64,000 nt of DNA from a virus. Taxonomy: Duplodnaviria > Caudoviricetes. Under the pieces are notes generated by a model. It saw only the letters and a program-made list of their open reading frames with translations, was not told where the DNA came from and searched no databases. Shown in pieces: positions 33,260 to 42,936 of this stretch (the stretch's first letter is position 1; the number at the start of each line of letters is the position of its first letter). Made by a program: the position numbers and the translations under genes. The stretch covers positions 1-64,000 of the IMG/VR virus record IMGVR_UViG_3300007067_000087. One strand, given 5' to 3'.

Positions 33260-33556
33260 ATGACAAACGAAATGTTGAATAAATTCGAACAATTCACCAA
33301 CAACTACCGGATGACCATGCCTTGGAAAATGCCAAATGAGGCGGAGAAAATAGACGATTTAATCATATATTTCTCGCATAAAGTGAAAGAAACAGAGGAA
33401 AACATCTTCGATACTATGGGTGATTTCTACGCTTTTTATCGCGGGTTTCTTCAGAGCAAAACTGAAGATGGCGTTATTGAAGTATACCATGAAGGAGTTG
33501 ACGGTTTTCTTACTTTCGTCAAAAAGGTAGCAGAGGAATTTGGTCTTTCTAGATGA
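33260..33556 (+). CDS. Hypothetical protein
   Basis: GGAG SD, downstream of the duplicated promoter. Confidence 0.5.
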   Translation: MTNEMLNKFEQFTNNYRMTMPWKMPNEAEKIDDLIIYFSHKVKETEENIFDTMGDFYAFYRGFLQSKTEDGVIEVYHEGVDGFLTFVKKVAEEFGLSR

Positions 33557-33644
33557 CCATTCCCTCCGAAATGTTCTGATTGATTTATCAGGGCATTTCG
33601 GGGTATTATGTCCCAAGGTTGAATTTAAATGGAGTTTTCGTAAT

Positions 33645-33875
33645 ATGCCCCTACAAACCAGTGAGCAATTTATTACCCAAATTGACTCCAGTCTTTTGTC
33701 TGCCCTTAAGGGGATTGCACAGAAAGAGGGACAACAACTGCAAACTCTCGTCAATGAAGCCTTGCTTGATCTGGTTGAGAAGCACAAGCAGGGCATCCCC
33801 CGTGCCCATGTCATGGCTACTTATCAAGAGAGCCTTGAGAAATTCGATGCGCTTTACAAAAAGTTGGCGCAATGA
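33645..33875 (+). CDS. Ribbon-helix-helix antitoxin, partner of Doc
   Basis: FITQIDSSLLSALKGIAQKEGQQLQTLVNEAL; coupled to doc. Confidence 0.7.
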   Translation: MPLQTSEQFITQIDSSLLSALKGIAQKEGQQLQTLVNEALLDLVEKHKQGIPRAHVMATYQESLEKFDALYKKLAQ

Positions 33876-34249
33876 CTGAATACTTGACTATTCTTGAAGT
33901 TCTAATAATTCACCAAGATCAAATTGAACGTTATGGTGGTACACACGGCATCCGTGACCGAGGATTATTAGATGCTGCCCTATCACGTCCACAATCAGGC
34001 CATTACGTTAATCTGATTGAGGAAGCCGCTGCCCTATGGGAAAGCCTCGCTCAAAACCATCCTTTTATAGACGGAAATAAACGGGTAGCCTTTGCAACTG
34101 CCTACACTTTTCTTGCCATAAATGGTGTGCGTATTATAGCTGGAGAAGAAGAAGTCTTCGACTTCATCAACAATCTTTATCAAATAAACAGTTTTAAATT
34201 TGAAAGCTTGGTAGCTTGGTTGAAGAATAATACATTGTCTAGTTTATGA
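33872..34249 (+). CDS. doc: Doc (death-on-curing) toxin
   Basis: GIRDRGLLDAALSRP, HPFIDGNKR. Confidence 0.9.
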   Translation: MTEYLTILEVLIIHQDQIERYGGTHGIRDRGLLDAALSRPQSGHYVNLIEEAAALWESLAQNHPFIDGNKRVAFATAYTFLAINGVRIIAGEEEVFDFINNLYQINSFKFESLVAWLKNNTLSSL

Positions 34250-34328
34250 GACTTATGCGGTTCAACCAATAGGCCACTTAACTCTGCCTATCTTTACGGA
34301 TAAAGTCCGCTCTGTTAATGTCTTTCAT

Positions 34329-34553
34329 ATGGGAAAATATGTATGCAAGACTTATGTGGTGATGAAGGCTGATCGAGATGGTTCTCTTTATGGCGCACCG
34401 TTGGCGATTAAGCTCACCTATGCAGCGGCTCACAAAATCGCTAAACAGCATGCCCCAGCACGTGTCTTTTGCTTGATTGCCGACAAGAACGATGATCTGA
34501 ACGGGGCGTTTTTCCCTGATGGTTCAGAGCGTGAGCCAGACCTCTCTCAATAA
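34329..34553 (+). CDS. Small hypothetical phage protein
   Basis: Plausible ORF; stop directly followed by the palindrome. Confidence 0.45.
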   Translation: MGKYVCKTYVVMKADRDGSLYGAPLAIKLTYAAAHKIAKQHAPARVFCLIADKNDDLNGAFFPDGSEREPDLSQ

Positions 34554-34555
34554 TT

Positions 34556-34569
34556 TGCAATCAATTGCA
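34556..34569. promoter_or_regulatory. Palindrome site
   Basis: TGCAATCAATTGCA. Confidence 0.75.
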
Positions 34570-34630
34570 AATATATTTTTACTTTTGTATCTTGTTCTCT
34601 GTGTTTAATCTTACAGCCCGGAGGCAGAAC

Positions 34631-35146
34631 ATGGCTCTCATTGCAATGACCACCTCAGAAACCATCACTTACGTTTCTGACAAAGACCCCGCCAAGAGGA
34701 AAATTACCGCTTTTCTTGACCCTACTGATCCATCAAAAGGTGAAACGACCTCCTCGGAGATTGGCTCTGATGCCACCGTGTTCAGGTTGCGCCCGTTGGA
34801 TGTGTTCCTGATGGGTTATATTTATGACAATGCCTCTGAACTTTCAGGGCGGCAGGATAGTATTGAAATTGGCATCCGTACCAAAATTAACCAGACCAAT
34901 ATTGAGGCCGTCCGTCACGGGCTTGTTGGCTTTAGTAATTTCTTTGACAAAGCCGGTAAAGAAGTGCGATTTGAAACCCACACCATCAAGATCAATGACC
35001 GTGAATATACAATTGCCAGCGATGCAACCATGAAGCTGTTAGGCATCCAGCTTATTCAGGAATTGGCGGAACAGATCAAGAGTATCAGCGAGGTGTCGGC
35101 AGATGAAGAAAAAAACTCATCCGGGGCATTGTCGCCAGCCGATTAA
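34631..35146 (+). CDS. Tail assembly chaperone (gpG-like)
   Basis: Position before tape measure; ends at a slippery site. Confidence 0.7.
   Translation: MALIAMTTSETITYVSDKDPAKRKITAFLDPTDPSKGETTSSEIGSDATVFRLRPLDVFLMGYIYDNASELSGRQDSIEIGIRTKINQTNIEAVRHGLVGFSNFFDKAGKEVRFETHTIKINDREYTIASDATMKLLGIQLIQELAEQIKSISEVSADEEKNSSGALSPAD
35110..35116 (+). other. Programmed -1 frameshift site A_AAA_AAC
   Basis: The -1 frame is open (KLIRGIVASRL) into ORF 35146. Confidence 0.75.
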
Positions 35147-35535
35147 TGCCCGAACGCAATTGTGCCACCTGCACCCAGCAACAAAGGTGGGGTTGTACAG
35201 CAATCAGGTGGCGGTATCCCGATAAGGGTAAATCTGATCAACCCAGTAATTGGATACGACCTGCTGCCCTGCCAGTGACGATATTGGGAGAAACCTCTTA
35301 TGCTTGCCCCCGCCAACCATTACGTGAAAACCCACAATATTGGGTTAAACTGTTTCGGTTTTATGGCTTGTTCAAGCAGGGGTTTCTCCCACAAATGGGA
35401 GCAGTACAAGACCAATGTAGCAAAGCAATCGATCTGTTCCGTATCATGGATGCCACCATCCAGCAATGCGACAGGATTGAATCGGAACAGGCACAGAAGA
35501 AGCAAAACCGTAAACCAGCAAGACGCGCAAAATAG
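35146..35535 (+). CDS. Tail assembly chaperone gpT-like portion
   Basis: Lies in the -1 frame of the gpG-like ORF. Confidence 0.65.
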   Translation: MPERNCATCTQQQRWGCTAIRWRYPDKGKSDQPSNWIRPAALPVTILGETSYACPRQPLRENPQYWVKLFRFYGLFKQGFLPQMGAVQDQCSKAIDLFRIMDATIQQCDRIESEQAQKKQNRKPARRAK

Positions 35536-35549
35536 CCTACTCACGCATT

Positions 35550-35563
35550 TGCAAATATTTGCA
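35550..35563. promoter_or_regulatory. Palindrome variant before tape measure
   Basis: TGCAAATATTTGCA. Confidence 0.5.
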
Positions 35564-35576
35564 CGGGATAAAAGAG

Positions 35577-38500
35577 ATGAATAATGAAGAACTCAAATTT
35601 ATCTTGAAAATGCGTGACGAGGCAAGTGCTGTCTTGAGCAATGTCGGGATGGGTTTTGATCGTGCCGGTAAAGAGGCGAAGAGCTTTTCCCAAAGCGCAC
35701 AACAGGCCGATCAATCTCTGAATAACGTTATTAGCACGGCCAAACAGGCAGCAGTAGCCTTGAGTGGTATCTGGGCATCCAGTAAATTATTCTCAGGCGC
35801 GATGAGTGCTTTTTCTGAATATGAACAAGGCATGTTGAACGTCAAGAAGACGACCAATATGTCTGCTGAAGAAATGGAGGATTTCAAGCAAGCTTTTACC
35901 GAAATGTCGTCAACAATGGCTGGTATTGACCGTAAGGCAATGCTGGATATTGCTGGAGCAGCGGGGCAGCTTGGCATCAAGGGACGCGATAACATTCTTG
36001 CCTTTACCGAGACAATGAGCATGCTTGGCGTTGCCACCGATATTGTTGGCCGCGATGGAGCGAAGAGCTTTGCCCGTTTCCTTGCCTTGTCGAAAGAAAC
36101 AGCACAATCTGCCGGTCGTCTTGGTGCTGTTATCAACCAGTTGGGTAATAACTTCGCCGCTGATGAGAGCGAAATTCTCAAAATGTCAATGACCTTGGCA
36201 CAGGCGACAGCCCGTTTTGAGTTTGGGGCAGACAAACTTTTAGGTCTTGGCGCAGCCGCCGCTCAATTGAACATGCGCCCTGAATTGTTTGCTACCACCA
36301 CCCAAAGAAGCTTGGGGGCATTATTTGATGCGGCAACCAATAACACAAAGGGCATGCAACAGCTTTCCGCCATTTTGGGAACAACAGATGAAGAATTTAA
36401 AAATCTGATCAATACCAATCCGGCACAGGCCTTGACGGATTTCTATGACGTGCTCGGCGCAATCAATGCGGACGGTCAGTCGATGACCGGCTTTCTTGCT
36501 CAATTTCAACTACAGGGGCAGGAGACACAACGTGTTCTTGGCACGATGGCACAAAATGCTGATCTCGCCCGAAACGCTATCAATATGGCCTTGACGGAAA
36601 GCGGGGAGGCGCAAGCCCTTAGAAAGGAATATAGCAGCTTTATTGATGGGCTTGAGCAAAATATCACTTGGCTGAAAAACGCTTTCAAAGACCTTGGTAC
36701 ATTTATATTCGGCCCGGTGGCTGAGGATTTAAAAGACTTGGTTAAAACGGCAAAGGAGAAAATTGATGGGATAAGGAAGGCTTTTGTCAGCCTATCCCCG
36801 ACAATGCAGAAAGTCATTTCTTACGCAGCATTGATTGTCCCCCCGCTTATTGCGGCAATTCCTGCGGTAAGATTATTAGGCGCAGCCGTGAAACTGGCTT
36901 TTGGCTTTAACATGTTCAGTGCAGCGATTACTGCGATCAAGTGGGTAGGAAAAGGCCTCACGCTGATTTTCGGCCAGCTTGGAATTGTTCGATTGGCTTT
37001 TTCAGGGCTTGCCAAAGTAGCTATTTGGGCAGGTGGAGCAATTGTTGGGGCAATCGGAGCTATCCCGTTACTCATTGCCGCAGCGGTAGCCGCTATTATT
37101 GGTATTGGGTTGATTATCTGGAAATATTGGGATGATATTACCTCATGGCTCGGTGAGCGGTGGGATGCGTTCCTTAATATATTTGAAGGTGGTTGGTCGG
37201 AAATTCTGCCCCGCATGTGGGAGTATTGGAAGGAGTCATGGCTTGGTATTATTAGCGGTTTAAAACGCATCTTTACCGATTTTTGGGATTGGTTGATGGG
37301 GCATGGTGAAGAAACAGTAGAGGTTGCCGCTGAAGTCGATACGAAGGAAGTCAAGAAACAAATAGAAGAGCTTGATACTGCAAAAATTGTCATTGAGGGG
37401 CATCTGGTAGAACCCACCATCAACAAAACCTATGTTGAGGCAATGCGCGGCTTGAGTGACGAGCAGCGCGATTTGATTGATAAGTTCGATACGATGGGTA
37501 AGGCGATGCAGGAGGTGGCCGATATTGAAGCTGCTATTGCCAAGCTTAAAACCCTGCAAGAAGCCTCTTACGATTACCGGGACAAAAAGCAGCTTGCCAT
37601 GGTTGAGGCCAAGCTTGAAGCCTATAAAGAAACGCTTGCCCCCCTCAAACAACAAATCAAGGAAATTGATAAAGAGTTGGAGAAAACCAAGGCTGTTACA
37701 GGAGAACAAAAAGCACAGCTTGAAATAACGGAAGCCATCCGTGCCGCCACCGAGCAATTGGGTATTCTTGAGAAAGAAGAACTTGCTCTCCTTACCAGCC
37801 GAACACAGGAATTACAGAAAGCTCGCCAGCTTGTCGCCTTTGATGAGGTACGAGATAATATTCAGGATGATATAGATGCTGCCCGTGCCGTCACTGTCGC
37901 CGCCAAGGATGAGTTGGAGGTGCGTAAGCGTATCCGTGACCTTAACCGTGAAAACATCGCCATTAGTAAGGAACAGGAAGAGCGTATTCGCCGCCAGATG
38001 GAGACATTGCGTAAAACCAACCGCGACCAAGCTTTTACTGATTTGATGGAGAGCACAAGGCGCGAATTGCAAATGGTGCGGGCAACCACAGCCGCCGAAA
38101 AAGAACAGTTGCAAATCCGTCACCAGATTGCCGATTTTGAAAAATCCAATGGTGAGATGAGTACCGTTCAAAGACGCACTTTGGTTTTAACTCAAGCCGC
38201 CAAAACCCAGATGGAGGCTTTCAACAGTTTGAAAGATACGCTTGACCCTGTCGGGGCAGCAACAAGAGAATATGGCGATAATGTCGCCACCTTAAACCGT
38301 GCACTTGGAGATGGTACGATCACACTTACGCAATACCAGCAGCTTCTGGCAACCTTGCAGCAAACTACGCAAGCCGCCCGTGATCCGTTCGCGAGCCAGA
38401 TAAAGAACTTGCGCCGCCAGATGGATTTGGCGAAAGTCGTTGGTGATTACCGTGAGGCCGATAAAAAGACCATCCAGTCAATTTTAGACATGCAGGATAA

Positions 38501-40394
38501 AGGACTTACTGTCAGTCGTGAACAAATAATGTTGCTAGCCGAGGCCAACCGGCAATTACAAGATATTGAGAAGACCCAATCCTCCGGCTTGCATGGCTGG
38601 ATGAACTCTATTGGCTCAATGCGTGATAATCTTCTCGATTTGACGAAAGACTTTGCCAGCGAAATGTCCAAATCCATTGTTGGGGCGTTTACCGATGGTA
38701 AAAGTGCCATGGAAAATTTCTTCAAGAATATGGCGAATAAATTGCTGGAAATCAGTGTCAATCAGGCATTGAAGGGGTTGCTGACAAGCATGACACCAAA
38801 GGCTGATAGCACAACTTCAAAAGGCGGTTTCTTAAGCAAGTTATTTGGCGATATTGCCGGGGTTAAACCAAATGACAACGACATTGCCAGCATCCAGTCG
38901 CTTACTGCCCAAACCATGCCCGTTACAGCAGCGCAAGTCATCATCAACGGTTCTGTCGCCGCCATCAACTCAACTCCAGCTTTAGGAAATTCTAGAGGAG
39001 TTTCTAGTAACAACGTTTCTTCCCCACCAGTCGGGCGTATCTATGAGGATTTGGCGGCGGCCAATCAAGCCATTCAACAAACAGTTGCCGGGGCGGCCGC
39101 TTCTGCCGTTGATAATGCCACAAGATTTCTCAATATGCACGAGGTAAAAAACGGTTCTGCACTCAATAGCTTCATGCGCTCTAATGGAGTTAACATTAAT
39201 GCCGCGCAAACAGCATGGTGCGCCGGTTTTGTCAATGCCAATCTAAACGCTATGGGACTGAAAGGCTCTGGTTCATTAGTCGCCAACTCATTCCTTGGTT
39301 GGGGTATGCCGGTTGAAGCTAACCAAGTCGCAAAGGGTGACGTTCTCGTTAAGCATAACGGCAAGGGCTATAATAATGTCGGCGGCCATGTCGGTTTTGC
39401 CACCGGCAACAGCCAAATGACGGATCGTGGACTGATGCTGGAAATGCTCTCCGGTAATCAGGGAAACCGCGTACAAAAAACGTGGGAAATGGCAGACGGG
39501 TTATCCATCCGGCGCGGTGTTGAACAACAAATGGCTCAAGCCAATCAACAAATCACTCAAGCCAGCCAGAAGATGCAGGAATTAGGCCAAAGCATGCAAG
39601 TCGCCGGTCAAAACAGTCAAACATTAGGGCAGAATATCAATCAAGCTGGTTCTGCCGCACAACAAGCCGGAACAAATACGCAAAATTCTAGCCAAGCTTT
39701 CAACCAAGCAGGGCAAAATGCTCAAAACACCGGTAGCCTCTTTACCCAAGCTGGAACACTGGTACAACAGGCCGGTGAAAAAGTACGCCAAGTCGGTCAA
39801 TCGGTTGCATCTAGCGTTCCCAGCCTGTCCAATTTCACGCAAGGGGTAAATAACGTTGGTAACAATGCCGCTCAAGCCTCACAACCTTTAAGCGGTTTTA
39901 ATAGTATCCTTGGCTCTCTTCTTCAGCAGCTTCTCGGCGGTTTGGGAGGCGGGGCGGGCGGTGGTATGGGTGGAATATTCAGTTCTCTTCTGGGCGCGTT
40001 CTTCCATAGTGGCGGTAAAGTCGGTTCGCACACTGACATCAGACCAATCAGCCTTGGTTCTCTTCCCCGCTTCCATAAAGGCAATAGCTTGAAAGGGGAT
40101 GAGTTCTTAAGTGTCCTGCAAAAGGGTGAACGGGTGCTAACGGAACGCCAAGAGGGACAGACTTTAGGTCTGATAAAAGGTTTGGCAAATTCTGCTGTCA
40201 ATAATGTTTCAAACGTGTTTGCCCCGCAAATGTCGATCAAGGTTGAGGGCGATTCAAAGGGTGAGGAAGCAGATCAGAAACTCGCTGCCAGACTGTCACA
40301 CGAGCTTGATTTGATGTTGAAAGCCAAAATGAGTGAATTTGCCCAAGAAAATATGCGTAATGGCGGACTACTTAATCAAGGAAAATTTGCATGA
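35577..40394 (+). CDS. Tape measure protein with an internal TIGR02594/CHAP-like peptidase domain
   Basis: N-terminal TP901-type TMP repeats; AWCAGFVNANL...GGHVGF; C-terminal FHSGG..G / RFHKG..LQKGERVL. Confidence 0.9.
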   Translation: MNNEELKFILKMRDEASAVLSNVGMGFDRAGKEAKSFSQSAQQADQSLNNVISTAKQAAVALSGIWASSKLFSGAMSAFSEYEQGMLNVKKTTNMSAEEMEDFKQAFTEMSSTMAGIDRKAMLDIAGAAGQLGIKGRDNILAFTETMSMLGVATDIVGRDGAKSFARFLALSKETAQSAGRLGAVINQLGNNFAADESEILKMSMTLAQATARFEFGADKLLGLGAAAAQLNMRPELFATTTQRSLGALFDAATNNTKGMQQLSAILGTTDEEFKNLINTNPAQALTDFYDVLGAINADGQSMTGFLAQFQLQGQETQRVLGTMAQNADLARNAINMALTESGEAQALRKEYSSFIDGLEQNITWLKNAFKDLGTFIFGPVAEDLKDLVKTAKEKIDGIRKAFVSLSPTMQKVISYAALIVPPLIAAIPAVRLLGAAVKLAFGFNMFSAAITAIKWVGKGLTLIFGQLGIVRLAFSGLAKVAIWAGGAIVGAIGAIPLLIAAAVAAIIGIGLIIWKYWDDITSWLGERWDAFLNIFEGGWSEILPRMWEYWKESWLGIISGLKRIFTDFWDWLMGHGEETVEVAAEVDTKEVKKQIEELDTAKIVIEGHLVEPTINKTYVEAMRGLSDEQRDLIDKFDTMGKAMQEVADIEAAIAKLKTLQEASYDYRDKKQLAMVEAKLEAYKETLAPLKQQIKEIDKELEKTKAVTGEQKAQLEITEAIRAATEQLGILEKEELALLTSRTQELQKARQLVAFDEVRDNIQDDIDAARAVTVAAKDELEVRKRIRDLNRENIAISKEQEERIRRQMETLRKTNRDQAFTDLMESTRRELQMVRATTAAEKEQLQIRHQIADFEKSNGEMSTVQRRTLVLTQAAKTQMEAFNSLKDTLDPVGAATREYGDNVATLNRALGDGTITLTQYQQLLATLQQTTQAARDPFASQIKNLRRQMDLAKVVGDYREADKKTIQSILDMQDKGLTVSREQIMLLAEANRQLQDIEKTQSSGLHGWMNSIGSMRDNLLDLTKDFASEMSKSIVGAFTDGKSAMENFFKNMANKLLEISVNQALKGLLTSMTPKADSTTSKGGFLSKLFGDIAGVKPNDNDIASIQSLTAQTMPVTAAQVIINGSVAAINSTPALGNSRGVSSNNVSSPPVGRIYEDLAAANQAIQQTVAGAAASAVDNATRFLNMHEVKNGSALNSFMRSNGVNINAAQTAWCAGFVNANLNAMGLKGSGSLVANSFLGWGMPVEANQVAKGDVLVKHNGKGYNNVGGHVGFATGNSQMTDRGLMLEMLSGNQGNRVQKTWEMADGLSIRRGVEQQMAQANQQITQASQKMQELGQSMQVAGQNSQTLGQNINQAGSAAQQAGTNTQNSSQAFNQAGQNAQNTGSLFTQAGTLVQQAGEKVRQVGQSVASSVPSLSNFTQGVNNVGNNAAQASQPLSGFNSILGSLLQQLLGGLGGGAGGGMGGIFSSLLGAFFHSGGKVGSHTDIRPISLGSLPRFHKGNSLKGDEFLSVLQKGERVLTERQEGQTLGLIKGLANSAVNNVSNVFAPQMSIKVEGDSKGEEADQKLAARLSHELDLMLKAKMSEFAQENMRNGGLLNQGKFA

Positions 40395-40753
40395 GCCATC
40401 CTGTCTTTCCGCAACCAAGCCCTGACGTTACCAGTGTTTCCCCCGGCTCATCCATTAGTTTCAAACCACGAGTAAACCGTGCTGATTTTGGTGATGGTTA
40501 CTCGCAACGCTCCGGTGACGGTTTAAATGCCAATCCTGCCAACCTTTCAGCCAGTTTTGATAATCTTCTTGCGCATGAGGCCGATATAATCATGGCGTTT
40601 CTGGCTGAGCGTAAAGGCTATCTGCCATTTCTGTTTCTTGTTCCAGGTGAGACACAACCACGCCAATTTATATGCCCTGAATGGCGTAAAGATTTGGCAG
40701 GGGCAAAACATTTCAATATCTCGGCCAGTTTTGAAGAGAGTTTTGATCCATGA
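40391..40753 (+). CDS. Minor tail protein (lambda gpM-like distal tail)
   Basis: FGDGYSQRSGDGLN, FLAERKGYLPF, ASFEESF. Confidence 0.85.
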   Translation: MSHPVFPQPSPDVTSVSPGSSISFKPRVNRADFGDGYSQRSGDGLNANPANLSASFDNLLAHEADIIMAFLAERKGYLPFLFLVPGETQPRQFICPEWRKDLAGAKHFNISASFEESFDP

Positions 40754-41457
40754 ACATAGCTGCCGCTTCCCAAAGCCTTACCCCGGGCGATAAAGTTAAT
40801 CTCTACACTCTTGATCTTAACCCTGTCGGTGTACAGATGATTTTGCATTTCACAAATAACCGCCTTGAAGACTGCAGTCCGGTCATCTTCAACAAGATTG
40901 AATATGCCCATGTTGATATTGAAACCAGTGGGTGGGAACAAACCGGCACGGGTCCGTTTCCTCGCCCCAAAGTCAATATTGGCAATGTGTTTGATTTCCT
41001 CTCCGGCCTACTTTACGCTTATGATGATCTTGTTGGGGCAAAATTCATCCGCCTTGTCACCTTCCGTCAGTTTCTGGACAATGGTGACGCGCCTGATCCC
41101 GATTCTTACTTTCCACCTGATATTTACGTCATTGAGCAAAAAACGGCAGCGACAAAATCTTCCATTGAATTTACATTGTCTGCCGCTGTTGATCAACAAG
41201 GCGTGACCTTACCCAGACGCAAGATTTTTCGAGACACTTGTACCCACTCCTACCGCATCCCTAAAGCGGGGGGATTTAACTATAATAAGGCGACTTGCCC
41301 CTATACCGGCACGGCCTGTTTCAACAAAAATGGTGATGCCACCACGCCAGATAAAGATCAATGCGGCTATCGCTTGTCTGACTGTAAATTACGTTTTCCA
41401 ACCGGTGCATTGCCAACACGGGCTTTCCCCGGTGTTGTCCGCACAAGCTTGAGGTAG
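40750..41457 (+). CDS. Minor tail protein (lambda gpL-like)
   Basis: C-terminal Cys cluster CTHSYR..CPY.G..C..D.C..RLSDCKLRF. Confidence 0.85.
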   Translation: MNIAAASQSLTPGDKVNLYTLDLNPVGVQMILHFTNNRLEDCSPVIFNKIEYAHVDIETSGWEQTGTGPFPRPKVNIGNVFDFLSGLLYAYDDLVGAKFIRLVTFRQFLDNGDAPDPDSYFPPDIYVIEQKTAATKSSIEFTLSAAVDQQGVTLPRRKIFRDTCTHSYRIPKAGGFNYNKATCPYTGTACFNKNGDATTPDKDQCGYRLSDCKLRFPTGALPTRAFPGVVRTSLR

Positions 41458-41462
41458 AAGAA

Positions 41463-42308
41463 ATGTTCAATCAATCCGTTCATGAAGCTTTTAAGCAGCA
41501 TGCCATCTCTGTTTACCCGCAGGAGGCGTGCGGTTTTGTAATTGGTGATAAGCAAGATGATTCTGACGGCAATTCATCTGCAATTAATTGCAAATCAATT
41601 AATGCCCGCTATATCGCTTGTGACAATATCGCTAAAGACAGGGCAAAAACCTTTGAAATTGACCCCATCCGTTATGTTGAGGTGCAAGAAGATGCGTGTC
41701 TTCTCGCTATCCTCCACTCCCATATTGCTCAAGAAAAAGAAGATGGCACATATGAGCCAACAACTGATTTTCCCTCACAGTTAGATATGAAGTCACAGCA
41801 AGCCTCCAACCTGCCTTGGGGCATTGCTGTCTGTCGTAAAGACTTCTGCACTGATCCCGCCTATTTTGGTGATATGCTGCCTATCCCTGATCTGATTGGC
41901 CGCCCCTTTCGCCACGGCGTGACAGATTGCTTTTCGCTTATCCGTGATTGTTACCGTTTGGGTAAAGAGGATTTGGCGGCACAAGGTATTGCTGATTGGC
42001 CTTATGAACCGTTTATACTCGAAGATATGCCGCGTGATTTTGAATGGTGGCAGCATAATGAAAACCTCTATATCGACAATTTCACCGCTCGTGGTTTCAC
42101 ACTGATTAGTGAAGAGGAAGCCCGTATCGGCGATGGTTTCCTTATGTCGATTTTCTCACCCGTTCCCAATCATGGTGGTATTTATTTAGGCGATGGTTTG
42201 GGGTTGCATCATTTGCAGTGGCAGCTTTCCAAACGTGAAAATCTTCATATCTGGCGGCGTAAAATCACCCATTGGCTGCGTTTTGTGGGAGAACAAGATG
42301 CTGCGTAA
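41463..42308 (+). CDS. Tail tip protein (lambda gpK-like, JAB plus NlpC/P60)
   Basis: PQEACG, ILHSH, GRPFRHGVTDCFSLIRD, NHGGIYLG. Confidence 0.85.
   Translation: MFNQSVHEAFKQHAISVYPQEACGFVIGDKQDDSDGNSSAINCKSINARYIACDNIAKDRAKTFEIDPIRYVEVQEDACLLAILHSHIAQEKEDGTYEPTTDFPSQLDMKSQQASNLPWGIAVCRKDFCTDPAYFGDMLPIPDLIGRPFRHGVTDCFSLIRDCYRLGKEDLAAQGIADWPYEPFILEDMPRDFEWWQHNENLYIDNFTARGFTLISEEEARIGDGFLMSIFSPVPNHGGIYLGDGLGLHHLQWQLSKRENLHIWRRKITHWLRFVGEQDAA
41579..41592. promoter_or_regulatory. Palindrome site (intragenic, gpK-like)
   Basis: TGCAATTAATTGCA. Confidence 0.7.
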
Positions 42309-42936
42309 TGTTTATCTCTATGGTGAGGCAGCAAAACTCTTTGGCCGTAAATTTCGCCTTGATGTCTCCTCACTCTCTGAAGCTGTTCGCGCTTTAGGCG
42401 TTCTTGTCCCCGGCTTCAAGCAATATGTTATCACCCATGATTTCCAATGTGTACGCGGCAAATCACGCAAAACCGGTTACGCATTGGATAGTGAGCAAAT
42501 TCCGTTTCATCTTGGCAAATCCGATTTACATATCACGCCCGTTATCGTTGGGGCTGGTGGTGGTAAGGGGGCAATCATTGGTAAAATCATTGCCGGTATT
42601 TTACTCGCCGGTTTTGCGTTCTTCACTGCCCCAGCCTTAACTGCCACCATAGGTGGTACGGCCATTACTTACGGTAATATCGTGACGGCGGGTCTTGGTA
42701 TGGCCTTTATGGGCATAAGCCAACTCTTATCAGCGCAACCCAAGAAAAAAGAAAACACAGAAGGTAAGGGCAGTTCGACTTTCTCCAACGTGCCGCAAGT
42801 TTCTGAACAGGGTGAACCCGTGCCTCTACTCTATGGCCGCTTCATGATCCGCAATCCGCCTTTGATTTCAACCGGTGTGATTACCTCTGATATTGGTTAC
42901 GGGCAAGCTGCGTATGGAGGTAAAAGCAATGGTTGA
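42298..42936 (+). CDS. Tail assembly protein (lambda gpI-like)
   Basis: MLRNVYLYGE, GEPVPLLYG. Confidence 0.85.
   Translation: MLRNVYLYGEAAKLFGRKFRLDVSSLSEAVRALGVLVPGFKQYVITHDFQCVRGKSRKTGYALDSEQIPFHLGKSDLHITPVIVGAGGGKGAIIGKIIAGILLAGFAFFTAPALTATIGGTAITYGNIVTAGLGMAFMGISQLLSAQPKKKENTEGKGSSTFSNVPQVSEQGEPVPLLYGRFMIRNPPLISTGVITSDIGYGQAAYGGKSNG

Noticed and set aside
35550-35563. Palindrome as a host Mur/Fur/Irr metal-regulator box
   Set aside because: Only loosely similar to those boxes as I recall them, and placement at phage structural genes does not fit; needs a host-genome scan to exclude fully
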